NCBI GenBank assembly: GCA_965263355.1
Contig: CBDHHL010000033.1
Span: 10,680 to 74,679 of the forward strand
Source: Leptolyngbyaceae cyanobacterium
GTDB taxonomy: Bacteria; Cyanobacteriota; Cyanobacteriia; Phormidesmidales; Phormidesmidaceae
Length of the DNA: 64,000 nucleotides
Direction: 5' to 3'
Shown here: positions 1 to 8,759 of the stretch, in pieces
Layout of the letters: every line of letters starts with the position of its first letter
Numbering within the stretch: position 1 is the stretch's first letter
The notes under the pieces: model-generated
Database searches by the model: none
What the model was told of the DNA's origin: nothing
Seen by the model: only the letters and a program-made list of their open reading frames with translations
Position numbers and translations under genes: made by a program

Positions 1-1
1 T

Positions 2-316
2 AATAATGAAAAGATCTTAGAAAAGATAAATGAATGCTGCCCAGCTTTTGGCAGGTTAACGCATATTGATAGCAATACATTGCCAAACGGATGGTATGCC
101 AATGGGAAAATGGCAGAAACCAATATTGCCATTGGCACGTTCAACCATCTAGATATCGATCAATGGGTAAAAAATATTCGCGAAACTATCCCACTTATCG
201 ACGCCTTTGAGTGCGACTATGTGCAATTCATCGTAAGTGACGACAATTCAGAAGGCTTTGGGATAATCAATGTTTTATCGACAGAGCAATTCAACCCGTT
301 CAAAGGATACTCCTAA
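2..316 (+). CDS. Hypothetical protein, 5' partial
   Basis: Frame is open from base 2 to TAA at 316. No terminase motifs. Confidence 0.55.
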   Translation, partial: NNEKILEKINECCPAFGRLTHIDSNTLPNGWYANGKMAETNIAIGTFNHLDIDQWVKNIRETIPLIDAFECDYVQFIVSDDNSEGFGIINVLSTEQFNPFKGYS

Positions 317-320
317 CACT

Positions 321-2264
321 ATGCCACCCACCCTTAAACAACTTGTCCGACGTCATTCTGAGCATGAAAAATATGCAGAACAATGGATGCTGCTGTCTGC
401 ATTGGCGGAGGGTGGATGTGCGGTCGATGACAACGTAAAAAAGAAGCTGCTTATCAACCCAGATGACGCAGAGCCCGATGTTTATAACACTCGAATCAGA
501 CTAGCCCCCTACGAGCCTATTATGGGTTCAATCCTGATGAAGCTGGTTAGTCAGATCACTCAGGATCAGGCCAGTTATGAGGGCAGTACTGATCCATTCT
601 GGGAAGATGAGTTTTTCCCTAATGGCGTACTGAGTGATGAGGAATCTGACCCACGTCAATCACTACAGTCGCTGCTGATCAGAGAAATGCTACAGGGCTT
701 GGTTCAGGGCAAGATGATTGCCCAGGTCGATACTGTCAACGCTGAGGGGGAAACTCTGGCAGAGCAACAGGCCAATGGAGGCGATTCAGCCTATGTCGTG
801 CTTAGAAGGCGCGAGGAATTATGGGATTGGGCAAGTGACAACCAGGGTTTAATTTACGCCAAGCTCCATACTTATCGAGAGGAGAGACCGTCTTGGGATG
901 CTAAGCCTGTGCGGCTGCATGAATTCCAGATTTACCAACGCGAGAGTAACGCACAAATCACGACATCGGTCTATACCGTTCGTAATTCTCAGGATGACAA
1001 GGCCGTTGATTACAGTAGTATGTCTAGCTTTGGCTGGAAAGATTTGCTAGCGCTAAGTGAGAGCAATGCAGTCATTGAAGCGAAGGTGGAGGATCAACCG
1101 ATCTTTTCTACCACATCAGGTCTATTCCGGTTCCCTGTCATCTGTCGCTCTATCCCAAAACCATTGGTTATAGCTGATCAGTTATTCGACTTGGTCAAAT
1201 CTCACTACAACCACGTTGCCGGTGGTGAATGGGCATTAGTCCAGACTAATTACGCCATGCCTGTTTTTACTGGCGTAGATTACCCACACGAAGAGGGCAA
1301 CAGCAATCCTGCACGATTTCAAAAAGCAGGCAATGGTTTCTGGTGGGAACTGCCGCCTGGAGTTGACTGCAAATGGTTTGTTCGTCCTGGAAATGATATC
1401 CAACTCAGCCTCGATTATCAAGATAAACAAAAGCAGAAAATGTTGGACTTGGTTCATAAGATCGCTGAAACTGCGGCCAATGCTTATGCAATGCGGATGC
1501 AATCAGGTGAGTCTAAAAAAGAAGGTCGCAGGGATCTAGACATTTTGCTTGAGGTTTATGGGGAAGAACTCAGGGGCTTTGCTAAGTCGATTCTGGATGC
1601 GGCCTCAATCGTCCGCAATGAAGATACTGAGTGGAGTGTGAACGGATTCACCGACTACAACACCACTGGCCTAATGGAGGCATTGCAGGAATACACAGCC
1701 CTGGATCAAGCTGGGATTGATAGCGATACACTGAAGCGTGAGAGCAGGATTGCGATCGCCAACAAAGCAGTAGCCAGTCTCAATCTGTCGCCTACGATTG
1801 TGTCGGAGATCGCTGATGAGATTGGGGAAGATTCGCCATTTACGCTGCAGCCAGAAGGCATGAATGCATTGGTGCAATTGGCTGGGTCTAACTTGATATC
1901 TCCTGGTGACTTGCATCAGATATTCCAGAAAGCTGGCATCATTCCACCTGACATGGACTTAATGGCATTACTTAGGAACCTGGGGTTAGAGCCTGGACTA
2001 CCACAGACAGATAACCCAGTGTTGGCGGGTGAAGTTAATGGAGGAGGGGAGAAGCCTGACGTACTCAAAAGCTGCCTTGATTGGTGGCAATACATGCAGT
2101 CTCACTATCCAGAGCTGGCATACAAATTTCGACTGAGCCCAGCAGACCTATCCTCGGCAGGCTTATCCACCCAAAGTCGCGATTTAATTTATGGCATAGA
2201 AGTTATTGAAGACCCTAGCCTGCGAAGTGGAGAAGTCTTAATAGCTTGGAATGAGAAGTCTTAA
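321..2264 (+). CDS. Phage portal protein
   Basis: About 647 aa from ATG 321, first large gene of the head module. Portal-like motifs (YNTRIRLAPY, QSGESKKEGR) and helical character. Confidence 0.8.
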   Translation: MPPTLKQLVRRHSEHEKYAEQWMLLSALAEGGCAVDDNVKKKLLINPDDAEPDVYNTRIRLAPYEPIMGSILMKLVSQITQDQASYEGSTDPFWEDEFFPNGVLSDEESDPRQSLQSLLIREMLQGLVQGKMIAQVDTVNAEGETLAEQQANGGDSAYVVLRRREELWDWASDNQGLIYAKLHTYREERPSWDAKPVRLHEFQIYQRESNAQITTSVYTVRNSQDDKAVDYSSMSSFGWKDLLALSESNAVIEAKVEDQPIFSTTSGLFRFPVICRSIPKPLVIADQLFDLVKSHYNHVAGGEWALVQTNYAMPVFTGVDYPHEEGNSNPARFQKAGNGFWWELPPGVDCKWFVRPGNDIQLSLDYQDKQKQKMLDLVHKIAETAANAYAMRMQSGESKKEGRRDLDILLEVYGEELRGFAKSILDAASIVRNEDTEWSVNGFTDYNTTGLMEALQEYTALDQAGIDSDTLKRESRIAIANKAVASLNLSPTIVSEIADEIGEDSPFTLQPEGMNALVQLAGSNLISPGDLHQIFQKAGIIPPDMDLMALLRNLGLEPGLPQTDNPVLAGEVNGGGEKPDVLKSCLDWWQYMQSHYPELAYKFRLSPADLSSAGLSTQSRDLIYGIEVIEDPSLRSGEVLIAWNEKS

Positions 2265-2278
2265 TAGCTTGGAATGAG
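2230..2278 (+). repeat. Perfect 23-bp tandem duplication
   Basis: GAGAAGTCTTAATAGCTTGGAAT x2 followed by GAG, at the portal/MuF junction. Confidence 0.95.
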
Positions 2279-3149
2279 TGAAGCCATCACCATAGACAAT
2301 ACCCCATATACCGAGGAAGAGTTAGCGGAACTCCTCGGCATAGACTCACTCGACTCGTTATCCCAATCTGAACTAGATGCGCTACTAGATGAAATAAACG
2401 ACGGGCTTCCAAGGCAATTGTCAGAATTCATAGCAGCTACTGCGATCGCCTCAGCCTTAGCACTGCTAAACACTCGTGGCCCAGGGGTTCGCTACTTCAC
2501 CCCTCGCGAAGACTACTACCGTGGTCGCCGTCCTGTCCCACAACAACGCATCGATCAGTTAGTCTCCAGTCATCGGCGTCAGGCATCACAGCGCACGCTA
2601 CGACATGCCAATGATTTACTGAATAACCGGATCAGCCTGCGTGAGTATCATGAACGGATGGCCAGGGATATTGTGAATGGACACGTTCGCATGATGGAGC
2701 TAGGTGCTGGCGGGCGCAAACGGATGACCCGTGGGCACTGGGCAAGGCTACAAGAGCAACTGTATGGAGATGGCCCAGGGCGGGGAGACCTTAATCGACT
2801 AAGACAGCATGTTGAGCGGATCAGGCTAGGGGAATTATCTGACGCTCAGATACGGGACAGGTCTAGGCGATATGGGGCAAATACAGCCCCTAGTTATCAA
2901 GATGGACGGCATGTATCGATGGTTCAGTCAGAGCGATGGGAAGCGAGAAGATCCCTGGGGAACGTGCCTAGGCATTGCCCTGACTGCCCTGGCTTACAGG
3001 TGCTCGAATGGACCCCTATTGATCAAGTAACACCTATTGGTAATGATTGCCGGTGCCGATCAAATTGCGCCTGTACCCTAGAAGTTAGGCTCAAGCTGGC
3101 TCGTAATGGATTTAGTACAGTAGGATTTAGTCAAGCAATCTTAGGTTGA
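2274..3149 (+). CDS. Minor head / head morphogenesis protein (SPP1 gp7/MuF-like)
   Basis: Follows the portal, Arg-rich, with C-terminal HCPDC...PIGNDCRCRSNCAC motif. Confidence 0.7.
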   Translation: MSEAITIDNTPYTEEELAELLGIDSLDSLSQSELDALLDEINDGLPRQLSEFIAATAIASALALLNTRGPGVRYFTPREDYYRGRRPVPQQRIDQLVSSHRRQASQRTLRHANDLLNNRISLREYHERMARDIVNGHVRMMELGAGGRKRMTRGHWARLQEQLYGDGPGRGDLNRLRQHVERIRLGELSDAQIRDRSRRYGANTAPSYQDGRHVSMVQSERWEARRSLGNVPRHCPDCPGLQVLEWTPIDQVTPIGNDCRCRSNCACTLEVRLKLARNGFSTVGFSQAILG

Positions 3150-3151
3150 TC

Positions 3152-3292
3152 ATGGCGAAAACCAAGGGCGTTTCTATCGGCAAAGATAAAGATGGGGTGT
3201 ATGTTTACACCCATAGGAGCAGGAGCAAAAGTTATCCAAAACAGTCCAGCATTCCTGATTCAGTAATCAAAACAATAGAAAGAACTGGTTAG
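3152..3292 (+). CDS. Small basic protein (46 aa, missed by ORF track)
   Basis: MAKTKGVSIGKDKDGVYVYTHRSRSKSYPKQSSIPDSVIKTIERTG fills the gap between 3149 and 3297. Confidence 0.75.
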   Translation: MAKTKGVSIGKDKDGVYVYTHRSRSKSYPKQSSIPDSVIKTIERTG

Positions 3293-3296
3293 CATC

Positions 3297-3545
3297 ATGC
3301 AAATAAAAAAATATAAAGCCGTCGCATTAGCTGACAGGCGCGAGAATATAACCGTTAAACACACTCTCAGTCAAGGGTTTCAGTATTTTGTACTGTCGTC
3401 AACGGCCCATATGTTTTGCGGAGTTGGGGAAACGCCTGAAGCGGCGATCCAAAAAATCAAAAGCGCTCAGAAGCAGAGCCCTGATCTGGTTTTTGGCAAA
3501 ATAACTACAGAAGAGTTTTTTGATTATTCAGTATTCGAACAATAA
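3297..3545 (+). CDS. Hypothetical protein
   Basis: Tightly packed ORF in the operon. Confidence 0.6.
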   Translation: MQIKKYKAVALADRRENITVKHTLSQGFQYFVLSSTAHMFCGVGETPEAAIQKIKSAQKQSPDLVFGKITTEEFFDYSVFEQ

Positions 3546-3547
3546 TC

Positions 3548-3934
3548 ATGGCCACTCGCGCTGAACTACTGCAAGAATTATTCAACAAATACAGTAGCCG
3601 CACGTCTAAGAATATGACGGCATACAATCGAAGTGGCGGGAACGTTCGGAGGCCAGTCAGGTCGTCAAAGCCCAAAAGCGACCAAGCCGCATACGATCAA
3701 GCTAAATTCAACACCCGTAAAGCCAATCAAGTCTTAAGTCAGAGGCAACCGTTAACCCGCAAAGGTGGCAAGTACGACGGCTTGCCTACGCCTGCTGTAT
3801 TGCAATTTGCACGTTGGGGGGTTCCTTTGTCGTCAATAGCAAACCCAACTTACGAGAAAATCAGAGCGATTCGAGATCGCTACCAATCAAGGAAAGATGT
3901 GTTAGCCAAAAAGCTGGGTAAGTCTAATGAATAA
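3548..3934 (+). CDS. Basic hypothetical protein
   Basis: K/R-rich 128 aa ORF overlapping the next gene. Confidence 0.65.
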   Translation: MATRAELLQELFNKYSSRTSKNMTAYNRSGGNVRRPVRSSKPKSDQAAYDQAKFNTRKANQVLSQRQPLTRKGGKYDGLPTPAVLQFARWGVPLSSIANPTYEKIRAIRDRYQSRKDVLAKKLGKSNE

Positions 3935-4139
3935 ACCAATCTCTTACAACGGCGTCAATATTCCCTCTAAATACGTATCCGGACTGTCCGGGTCCACCCG
4001 TCGCAAGCGGCTAGCTGCGATTGCTAAAGCTCGCAAGTCAGGCGAACCGATGCCTCGGACACTCCCTGGGGACGACAAAACAAAAACTAGGAGAAGCCGA
4101 TTTACTCGCAAATTCAATAAACGCTATGGCAACTCGTAG
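3927..4139 (+). CDS. Basic protein, resembles N-terminal half of DUF5824-like viral proteins
   Basis: IPSKYVSGLS...KTRRSRFTRKFNKRYG. Family match is from memory. Confidence 0.55.
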   Translation: MNKPISYNGVNIPSKYVSGLSGSTRRKRLAAIAKARKSGEPMPRTLPGDDKTKTRRSRFTRKFNKRYGNS

Positions 4140-4389
4140 ACAGAGACTATCGGCACGGCTCCAAAAGGCCATCAAAAATAAAGCAGAGAAGTCCAATGCA
4201 CCTGTATCAGCGCTGCGACAGATCGCGCTAAAAGGGTTAGGGGCTGCGGCTAGCTCTGGTAGACGACCTGGGGTTTCGCCAGAGCAATGGGCGTTAGCCA
4301 GAATTAACAGCGTGATCACTGGCGGAAAGGCAAGAAAGGTTGACTCAAAACAATGGAAGGCTATTCAAGAATTCCGCAAAAACAGATAA
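4126..4389 (+). CDS. Basic protein, DUF5824-like C-terminal half
   Basis: ATG 4126; motif GRRPGVSPEQWALARINS. Family match is from memory. Confidence 0.6.
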   Translation: MATRRQRLSARLQKAIKNKAEKSNAPVSALRQIALKGLGAAASSGRRPGVSPEQWALARINSVITGGKARKVDSKQWKAIQEFRKNR

Positions 4390-4445
4390 GTTGCTTATTC
4401 TACAAGGGATTCGCTATGATGTTGCTGAAATCCTAAAATCGTGAT

Positions 4446-5264
4446 ATGACAGACGGCACTCAAGACCCAAATGCAGAGCAGCAGACTAGTGTAACTCTGG
4501 AGCAGCTACAGCAAGTGCTTGGAGGATTCAAAGACGAGATCTCTAAAATGGTCACAGGTGCTGTCCAGAAGTCACATAAGTCTTTAGAAGGAAAGTTAAA
4601 CGATACTGTCAAGGCTCAGCTAACGTCAGTACTAGACGAGGTTATCCCATCCGAGGGAGACGGACAACAGCAGCAGGCCGCGCAGCCCCCAACAACTGGG
4701 GAAGTCGAACAGCAGCCCCAGTCGGGCGACGATATTACGGCACGTCTACAGGCTATGCTTCAGGCCCAAACGCAGCAGATGGAGCAAAAGCTAAGCGAGA
4801 CCACAAGGCAATACGAAGAGCGCATTGAGGCGATGCAAAAGGCTGTCGAGGAAGAACGGCTTAATACTGCAAAGTCTCAAGCCCGCACCGCAGCATTAGA
4901 CCCCATAAGAGATAGGCTGCACAACCCAGATTTAGCCTGGGCTTATCTTGAAAGCAAAGGAGTCTCTTACGATCCTGAGAAGGGCGGTTATGGTGTCGCG
5001 GGAAAAGACGAATTTCAAAACCCTACATTCACTCCTTTGTCAGAGCAGTTATCTAGTCTAGAGAAAGAAGCGGGCTACTTATTTAAGCCTCGACCTGGCA
5101 CTGGCACTGGGACTCAGCCAGGGACACAGCAACCGGCTTCGTCTGGGGGATCAGGCATTTATGCAGATGGCATGGACGCTCAAGCCAGGATAGATGCGCT
5201 TAAGAAGTCGGCGGACCCATTCGCTGCGATCGCCGAAAATGTGGCCAAAGCGAATGCTCAGTAG
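4446..5264 (+). CDS. Capsid scaffolding protein
   Basis: Q/E-rich coiled coil with YLFKP...GTGT tail, directly upstream of the capsid gene. Confidence 0.75.
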   Translation: MTDGTQDPNAEQQTSVTLEQLQQVLGGFKDEISKMVTGAVQKSHKSLEGKLNDTVKAQLTSVLDEVIPSEGDGQQQQAAQPPTTGEVEQQPQSGDDITARLQAMLQAQTQQMEQKLSETTRQYEERIEAMQKAVEEERLNTAKSQARTAALDPIRDRLHNPDLAWAYLESKGVSYDPEKGGYGVAGKDEFQNPTFTPLSEQLSSLEKEAGYLFKPRPGTGTGTQPGTQQPASSGGSGIYADGMDAQARIDALKKSADPFAAIAENVAKANAQ

Positions 5265-5299
5265 CACAAAACTAAGGCGTTTGTTATATTGTTCTTGAA

Positions 5300-5425
5300 A
5301 TGGCATGGCAAGGGCCGTAAACCTTGGAAAGGCATGGCAGACGCCTTAAGTCTGGGGTTCGGTCCCTGAGAATTTGAATTTAGCTCTAGGGATGCGGAAG
5401 GAAATCAACAATCCTTCTTTTTCCG
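5300..5425 (+). ncRNA. Structured 5' leader of the capsid gene: two tandem H-type pseudoknots plus two hairpins
   Basis: ATGGC-ATGG-CAAGG-GCCGT-AAA-CCTTG and AAGGC-ATGG-CAGAC-GCCTT-AA-GTCTG, then TCCCTGAG/CTCTAGGGA and GAAGGA/TCCTTC hairpins. Confidence 0.7.
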
Positions 5426-6772
5426 ATGGTTACTTTCAACAATGCAGAGCAGTCAACAGTCGTCAAGGCGTTGGCTGATGGTTCACTTTTTCAATTGTAT
5501 CGGTCTTCGGCTTTCGCTACAGCAGCAACTACAACGCTTGGTGGCCGTGACCTAAACACTTATTTCGAAAAGGGTCAGTCGGTTAGCCTGTTGATGGCTA
5601 AAGACTATGGCGAGGCGCAAGATTATGACCCTCGCACAAACACTGACGCGACTACCAACGACACTGATTATCTCCCTGTTACTCTAACGCTAGAGAAACT
5701 TTTCACTTCTGGTTTTCGCGTTTATGGAAGCGATACCCAGGTGGAACGCTACGTTAGGGATTATTCACTTTCTACTGGTGGCGCAGTTCGTAAGTCGTTC
5801 GATAATTATCTGTACAATACCGGGTTCCGTACATGGACATTGGCAGCTAGTGGGGACATCACTCTAGGCGGCCACCCTCCTACAACAGTGGCGTTCACTG
5901 AGACCAGCGGGGGCGTCCTGGCTGAATACGGTGATGCTCTTCACCGTGCTGGTGGCGCTGCACTCAACGAAGTGGATGTGCCTGAGTCTGGCCGTTACGC
6001 AAGATTGTCGCCTCGTGCTGCTGAGTCTTTGATGGGCGCAATCACTCCTGTCACTGGCAGCGCTTTAACTGAAGGCAATATTGCGCTTGGTCAACAACTG
6101 CTACAAGAGCCTAGCTACATGAGCCGTGATTTCATGATGCGGCAGTTCATGACCCGTGGTTCTAATGCGATCACAGGGCAAGACGCTGTTGCGGATTTAG
6201 GCGATGGTGTCGCATTTGAGCCTATCAGCGCTGTTGCTGCTGCGACTGGTGCAGATGAGTTCATCGATGGCAATCAATCCACTGTTACCCAGGCTGGCGC
6301 TGTGCGAGTGACTGTCAACCAGACTGCGGCTCTGGCTGCTGGCGTTGCTGTTGGCGCGATTGGTCGGATTGGCCCCAATGGTTCTACTGCAGCTGACGTA
6401 AATTATGGCGTGATTCTTCGTGTTGATAGCGCTAATAAGTACGTTTGGATGATCCCTTACAACAGCAAGGGCCAAAAAGTTGCTGCCGCTGAAGTGAACA
6501 CAGCCTACAACTTCTCTGTCCCTGCGATTGGCGCGGTGAATGTCGGCTATCACATTGAACATCTGGCGTTTGCTACGCGACTGCTTACTGAACCTACTCC
6601 TGGCTCTGGTGCGATTGTCGAGCGTTCTACCGACCAAGACACAGGTTTGGTGATGCAGGTTTTCAAAGGCTCATATAATGTCCATCAATTCAAGGAAGGC
6701 ATTCGTACTGCCTGTTTATGCGGCGCTACTCCTACCGATTTTCGGAAAGGCGTTTTGTTGCTATCAGCCTAA
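5426..6772 (+). CDS. Major capsid protein (HK97 fold, P22 gp5-like) with internal insertion
   Basis: 448 aa after the scaffold. KGQSVSL, LTLEK, HLAFATRLL and C-terminal LCGA..FRKGVLL patterns. Confidence 0.8.
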   Translation: MVTFNNAEQSTVVKALADGSLFQLYRSSAFATAATTTLGGRDLNTYFEKGQSVSLLMAKDYGEAQDYDPRTNTDATTNDTDYLPVTLTLEKLFTSGFRVYGSDTQVERYVRDYSLSTGGAVRKSFDNYLYNTGFRTWTLAASGDITLGGHPPTTVAFTETSGGVLAEYGDALHRAGGAALNEVDVPESGRYARLSPRAAESLMGAITPVTGSALTEGNIALGQQLLQEPSYMSRDFMMRQFMTRGSNAITGQDAVADLGDGVAFEPISAVAAATGADEFIDGNQSTVTQAGAVRVTVNQTAALAAGVAVGAIGRIGPNGSTAADVNYGVILRVDSANKYVWMIPYNSKGQKVAAAEVNTAYNFSVPAIGAVNVGYHIEHLAFATRLLTEPTPGSGAIVERSTDQDTGLVMQVFKGSYNVHQFKEGIRTACLCGATPTDFRKGVLLLSA

Positions 6773-6784
6773 TTAATCTCTCCT

Positions 6785-7153
6785 ATGGCGATTATTTTGT
6801 TCCGGGGCAATATGCCCACTCTTTTTCATAGCAAAGGGGACGCTAGCGCAGCTCTCGCAGGTGGGCTGTATCGCCGACAGCCTGTGAAGGTGGCGGATGA
6901 ACCCACCACTGAAGTCCAAGCCGACAACGACGAGGTCGCCGAAAGAGCTGCAGCGGAACCTCCTCAGCCTGATTCAATTAATGTCAACTCAGCGCCTCTG
7001 GCTGAGTTGACTAGCATCAAAGGGATTGGTTTGGCAAAAGGAAAAGAGTTGATCGAAAAACGGCCCTATTCGGCAGCTGAGGATCTTGTTGCAGTTACCG
7101 AAGCTGTCGATTGGGTCCAGCTTGAAGAATCTGGCGTTATTTGGTTTGGTTGA
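6785..7153 (+). CDS. Helix-hairpin-helix (ComEA-like) DNA-binding protein
   Basis: INVNSAPLAELTSIKGIGLAKGKELIEKRPY. Confidence 0.8.
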   Translation: MAIILFRGNMPTLFHSKGDASAALAGGLYRRQPVKVADEPTTEVQADNDEVAERAAAEPPQPDSINVNSAPLAELTSIKGIGLAKGKELIEKRPYSAAEDLVAVTEAVDWVQLEESGVIWFG

Positions 7154-7641
7154 TGGCGTTAAACGTTTTCACAATTAACGACAGACGCAAGCTGCAACAC
7201 TATCTCAATCTCCCTATTCAGGAAGTGCAAGAAGGCAGTTACTTATGGAGTGCTCTCAGCTACGTCGAAACTATCGACGAATCAGAGGGCACTACAATCG
7301 CTGCCGATATTCAATCACGACTTGAGACTCTTGACTGTCTAGAGTCTGTTGACGGATCTCAAGGAAACTGGATAGATGCGATTCAATCCAGTTCTAGTTT
7401 TGCTAAGTCGATCAACATTCCTGACCAGTTCAGTGAAACATACGCGGCTCCGTCGGGCAGCGGCTATACCGGGGAGGCAGCATCACTAGAATCCTATAAA
7501 AAATATCTGATCTCTAGCATTCGAAGAGACCTAGCGCTTAGCCAGCAATCAGGCAATAACAGCCTGAATACTGTATGGCCAGGAGGCCGGTCAGAGCCCA
7601 ATCGAGTAGGGCTGTATAACAGAGGGAGGGGACTGATTTAG
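7153..7641 (+). CDS. Probable head-tail adaptor
   Basis: Position after capsid/HhH genes, TGATG coupling, helical 162 aa protein. Confidence 0.45.
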   Translation: MALNVFTINDRRKLQHYLNLPIQEVQEGSYLWSALSYVETIDESEGTTIAADIQSRLETLDCLESVDGSQGNWIDAIQSSSSFAKSINIPDQFSETYAAPSGSGYTGEAASLESYKKYLISSIRRDLALSQQSGNNSLNTVWPGGRSEPNRVGLYNRGRGLI

Positions 7642-7643
7642 AC

Positions 7644-8009
7644 ATGGCAACCATTGTAGAGCAGACCATTGGAACAAGCCTAACTGCTATTGGAGAAGTG
7701 AAGATCCAATCCAATGGCCTTACTGTTGAAGTTGTCAACAAAGGAGGGACCGCTTTCAATGCATTTGAGATTCGGCTGAAAGCAACCGAAGCGTCCACAT
7801 TCCGGCTCGCCTACAACCAGGCAACAGACTGGACCAATCCAGCTAAAGGGAGCCTGATTACTATTGGAAACACGACCAGCCCAACTACTCTAGCAGCAGG
7901 CGAGGGGATTAATTTCACTTTGTTTAGATTGCTGGATTATAAATTTTATTCCATTCAATTTCTCGCCTCTGTTGCGAGCGGCAGCACAGTAGCGGAGGTA
8001 TCGGCATGA
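7644..8009 (+). CDS. Virion structural protein (beta-sandwich)
   Basis: T/S/A-rich and beta-prone; ATGA overlap with the next gene. Confidence 0.5.
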   Translation: MATIVEQTIGTSLTAIGEVKIQSNGLTVEVVNKGGTAFNAFEIRLKATEASTFRLAYNQATDWTNPAKGSLITIGNTTSPTTLAAGEGINFTLFRLLDYKFYSIQFLASVASGSTVAEVSA

Positions 8010-8752
8010 CTTTTGTCCATCAATCAATTGCTCCTAACGCAGAGGTCTTGAACCTTCCCTTAACAACAGCGGGAGGGGCAATAACGATCCCAGCCAATAC
8101 TGTTTATTCCTTTACAGTTTCACTAACCAGCGGCAGCTGCACAATCGTAACGGACACGGACCCACAAACGACTCTAACAATTGCTAGTAACAGTCAAAAC
8201 CCCTACGAGTCACCAAATCTTAACGGGGGGCGGATCAACCACTCAATAACGATAACCCCTAATGCGAGTTGCGATGGTTTTGTTTCAGAAGCCAAGGTGA
8301 TTAGCTCCGCCCCAGCATTATCGTTAGACATCACGCCCCCAACAGCGACTTTGGTTGGGGTTCTCCCTACAGCAACAACGGGGATAGCGGCGACAGTAAT
8401 AGTTGACTTTGATGATGAAACGGCCTTTAATCCAGCATCTGTAACTATCGGCTCACTGTCAGCTGTCGATGGGGCAAATGTGGCGACAATTGCAATTGCA
8501 AACACTACAACTATTGGCAACAACGGAGTTAGAGTTAACTTTGACGTAACAGCCCCTGCAGATGGCAGCTATACCGTCACAGTCCCAGTTAATAGTTATT
8601 CTGATACAGCAGGCAATCAAGGGGCACTAGTGAATCTTGGAACCATGATCGCGTCGCCAGTGAGCGCTATTACGGCATCTCTTGGGGCGGCATTAAACCC
8701 AGTTGAAGCGCTGCCCACATTTCAGGTTGTTGTTAATTTTGTAGAATCCTAA
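8006..8752 (+). CDS. Ig-like domain virion protein
   Basis: DITPPTATL...DGSYTVTVPVNSYSDTAGN bacterial Ig-like motif. Confidence 0.7.
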   Translation: MTFVHQSIAPNAEVLNLPLTTAGGAITIPANTVYSFTVSLTSGSCTIVTDTDPQTTLTIASNSQNPYESPNLNGGRINHSITITPNASCDGFVSEAKVISSAPALSLDITPPTATLVGVLPTATTGIAATVIVDFDDETAFNPASVTIGSLSAVDGANVATIAIANTTTIGNNGVRVNFDVTAPADGSYTVTVPVNSYSDTAGNQGALVNLGTMIASPVSAITASLGAALNPVEALPTFQVVVNFVES

Positions 8753-8759
8753 CCCTGTC

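Noticed and set aside
2..316. Terminase large subunit C-terminus upstream of the portal
   Set aside because: No RNase H-like terminase motifs in the translation.
5300..5354. Fluoride, preQ1 or c-di-GMP riboswitch
   Set aside because: GGC-AUGG superficially recalls crcB, but the conserved cores of these classes are not present.
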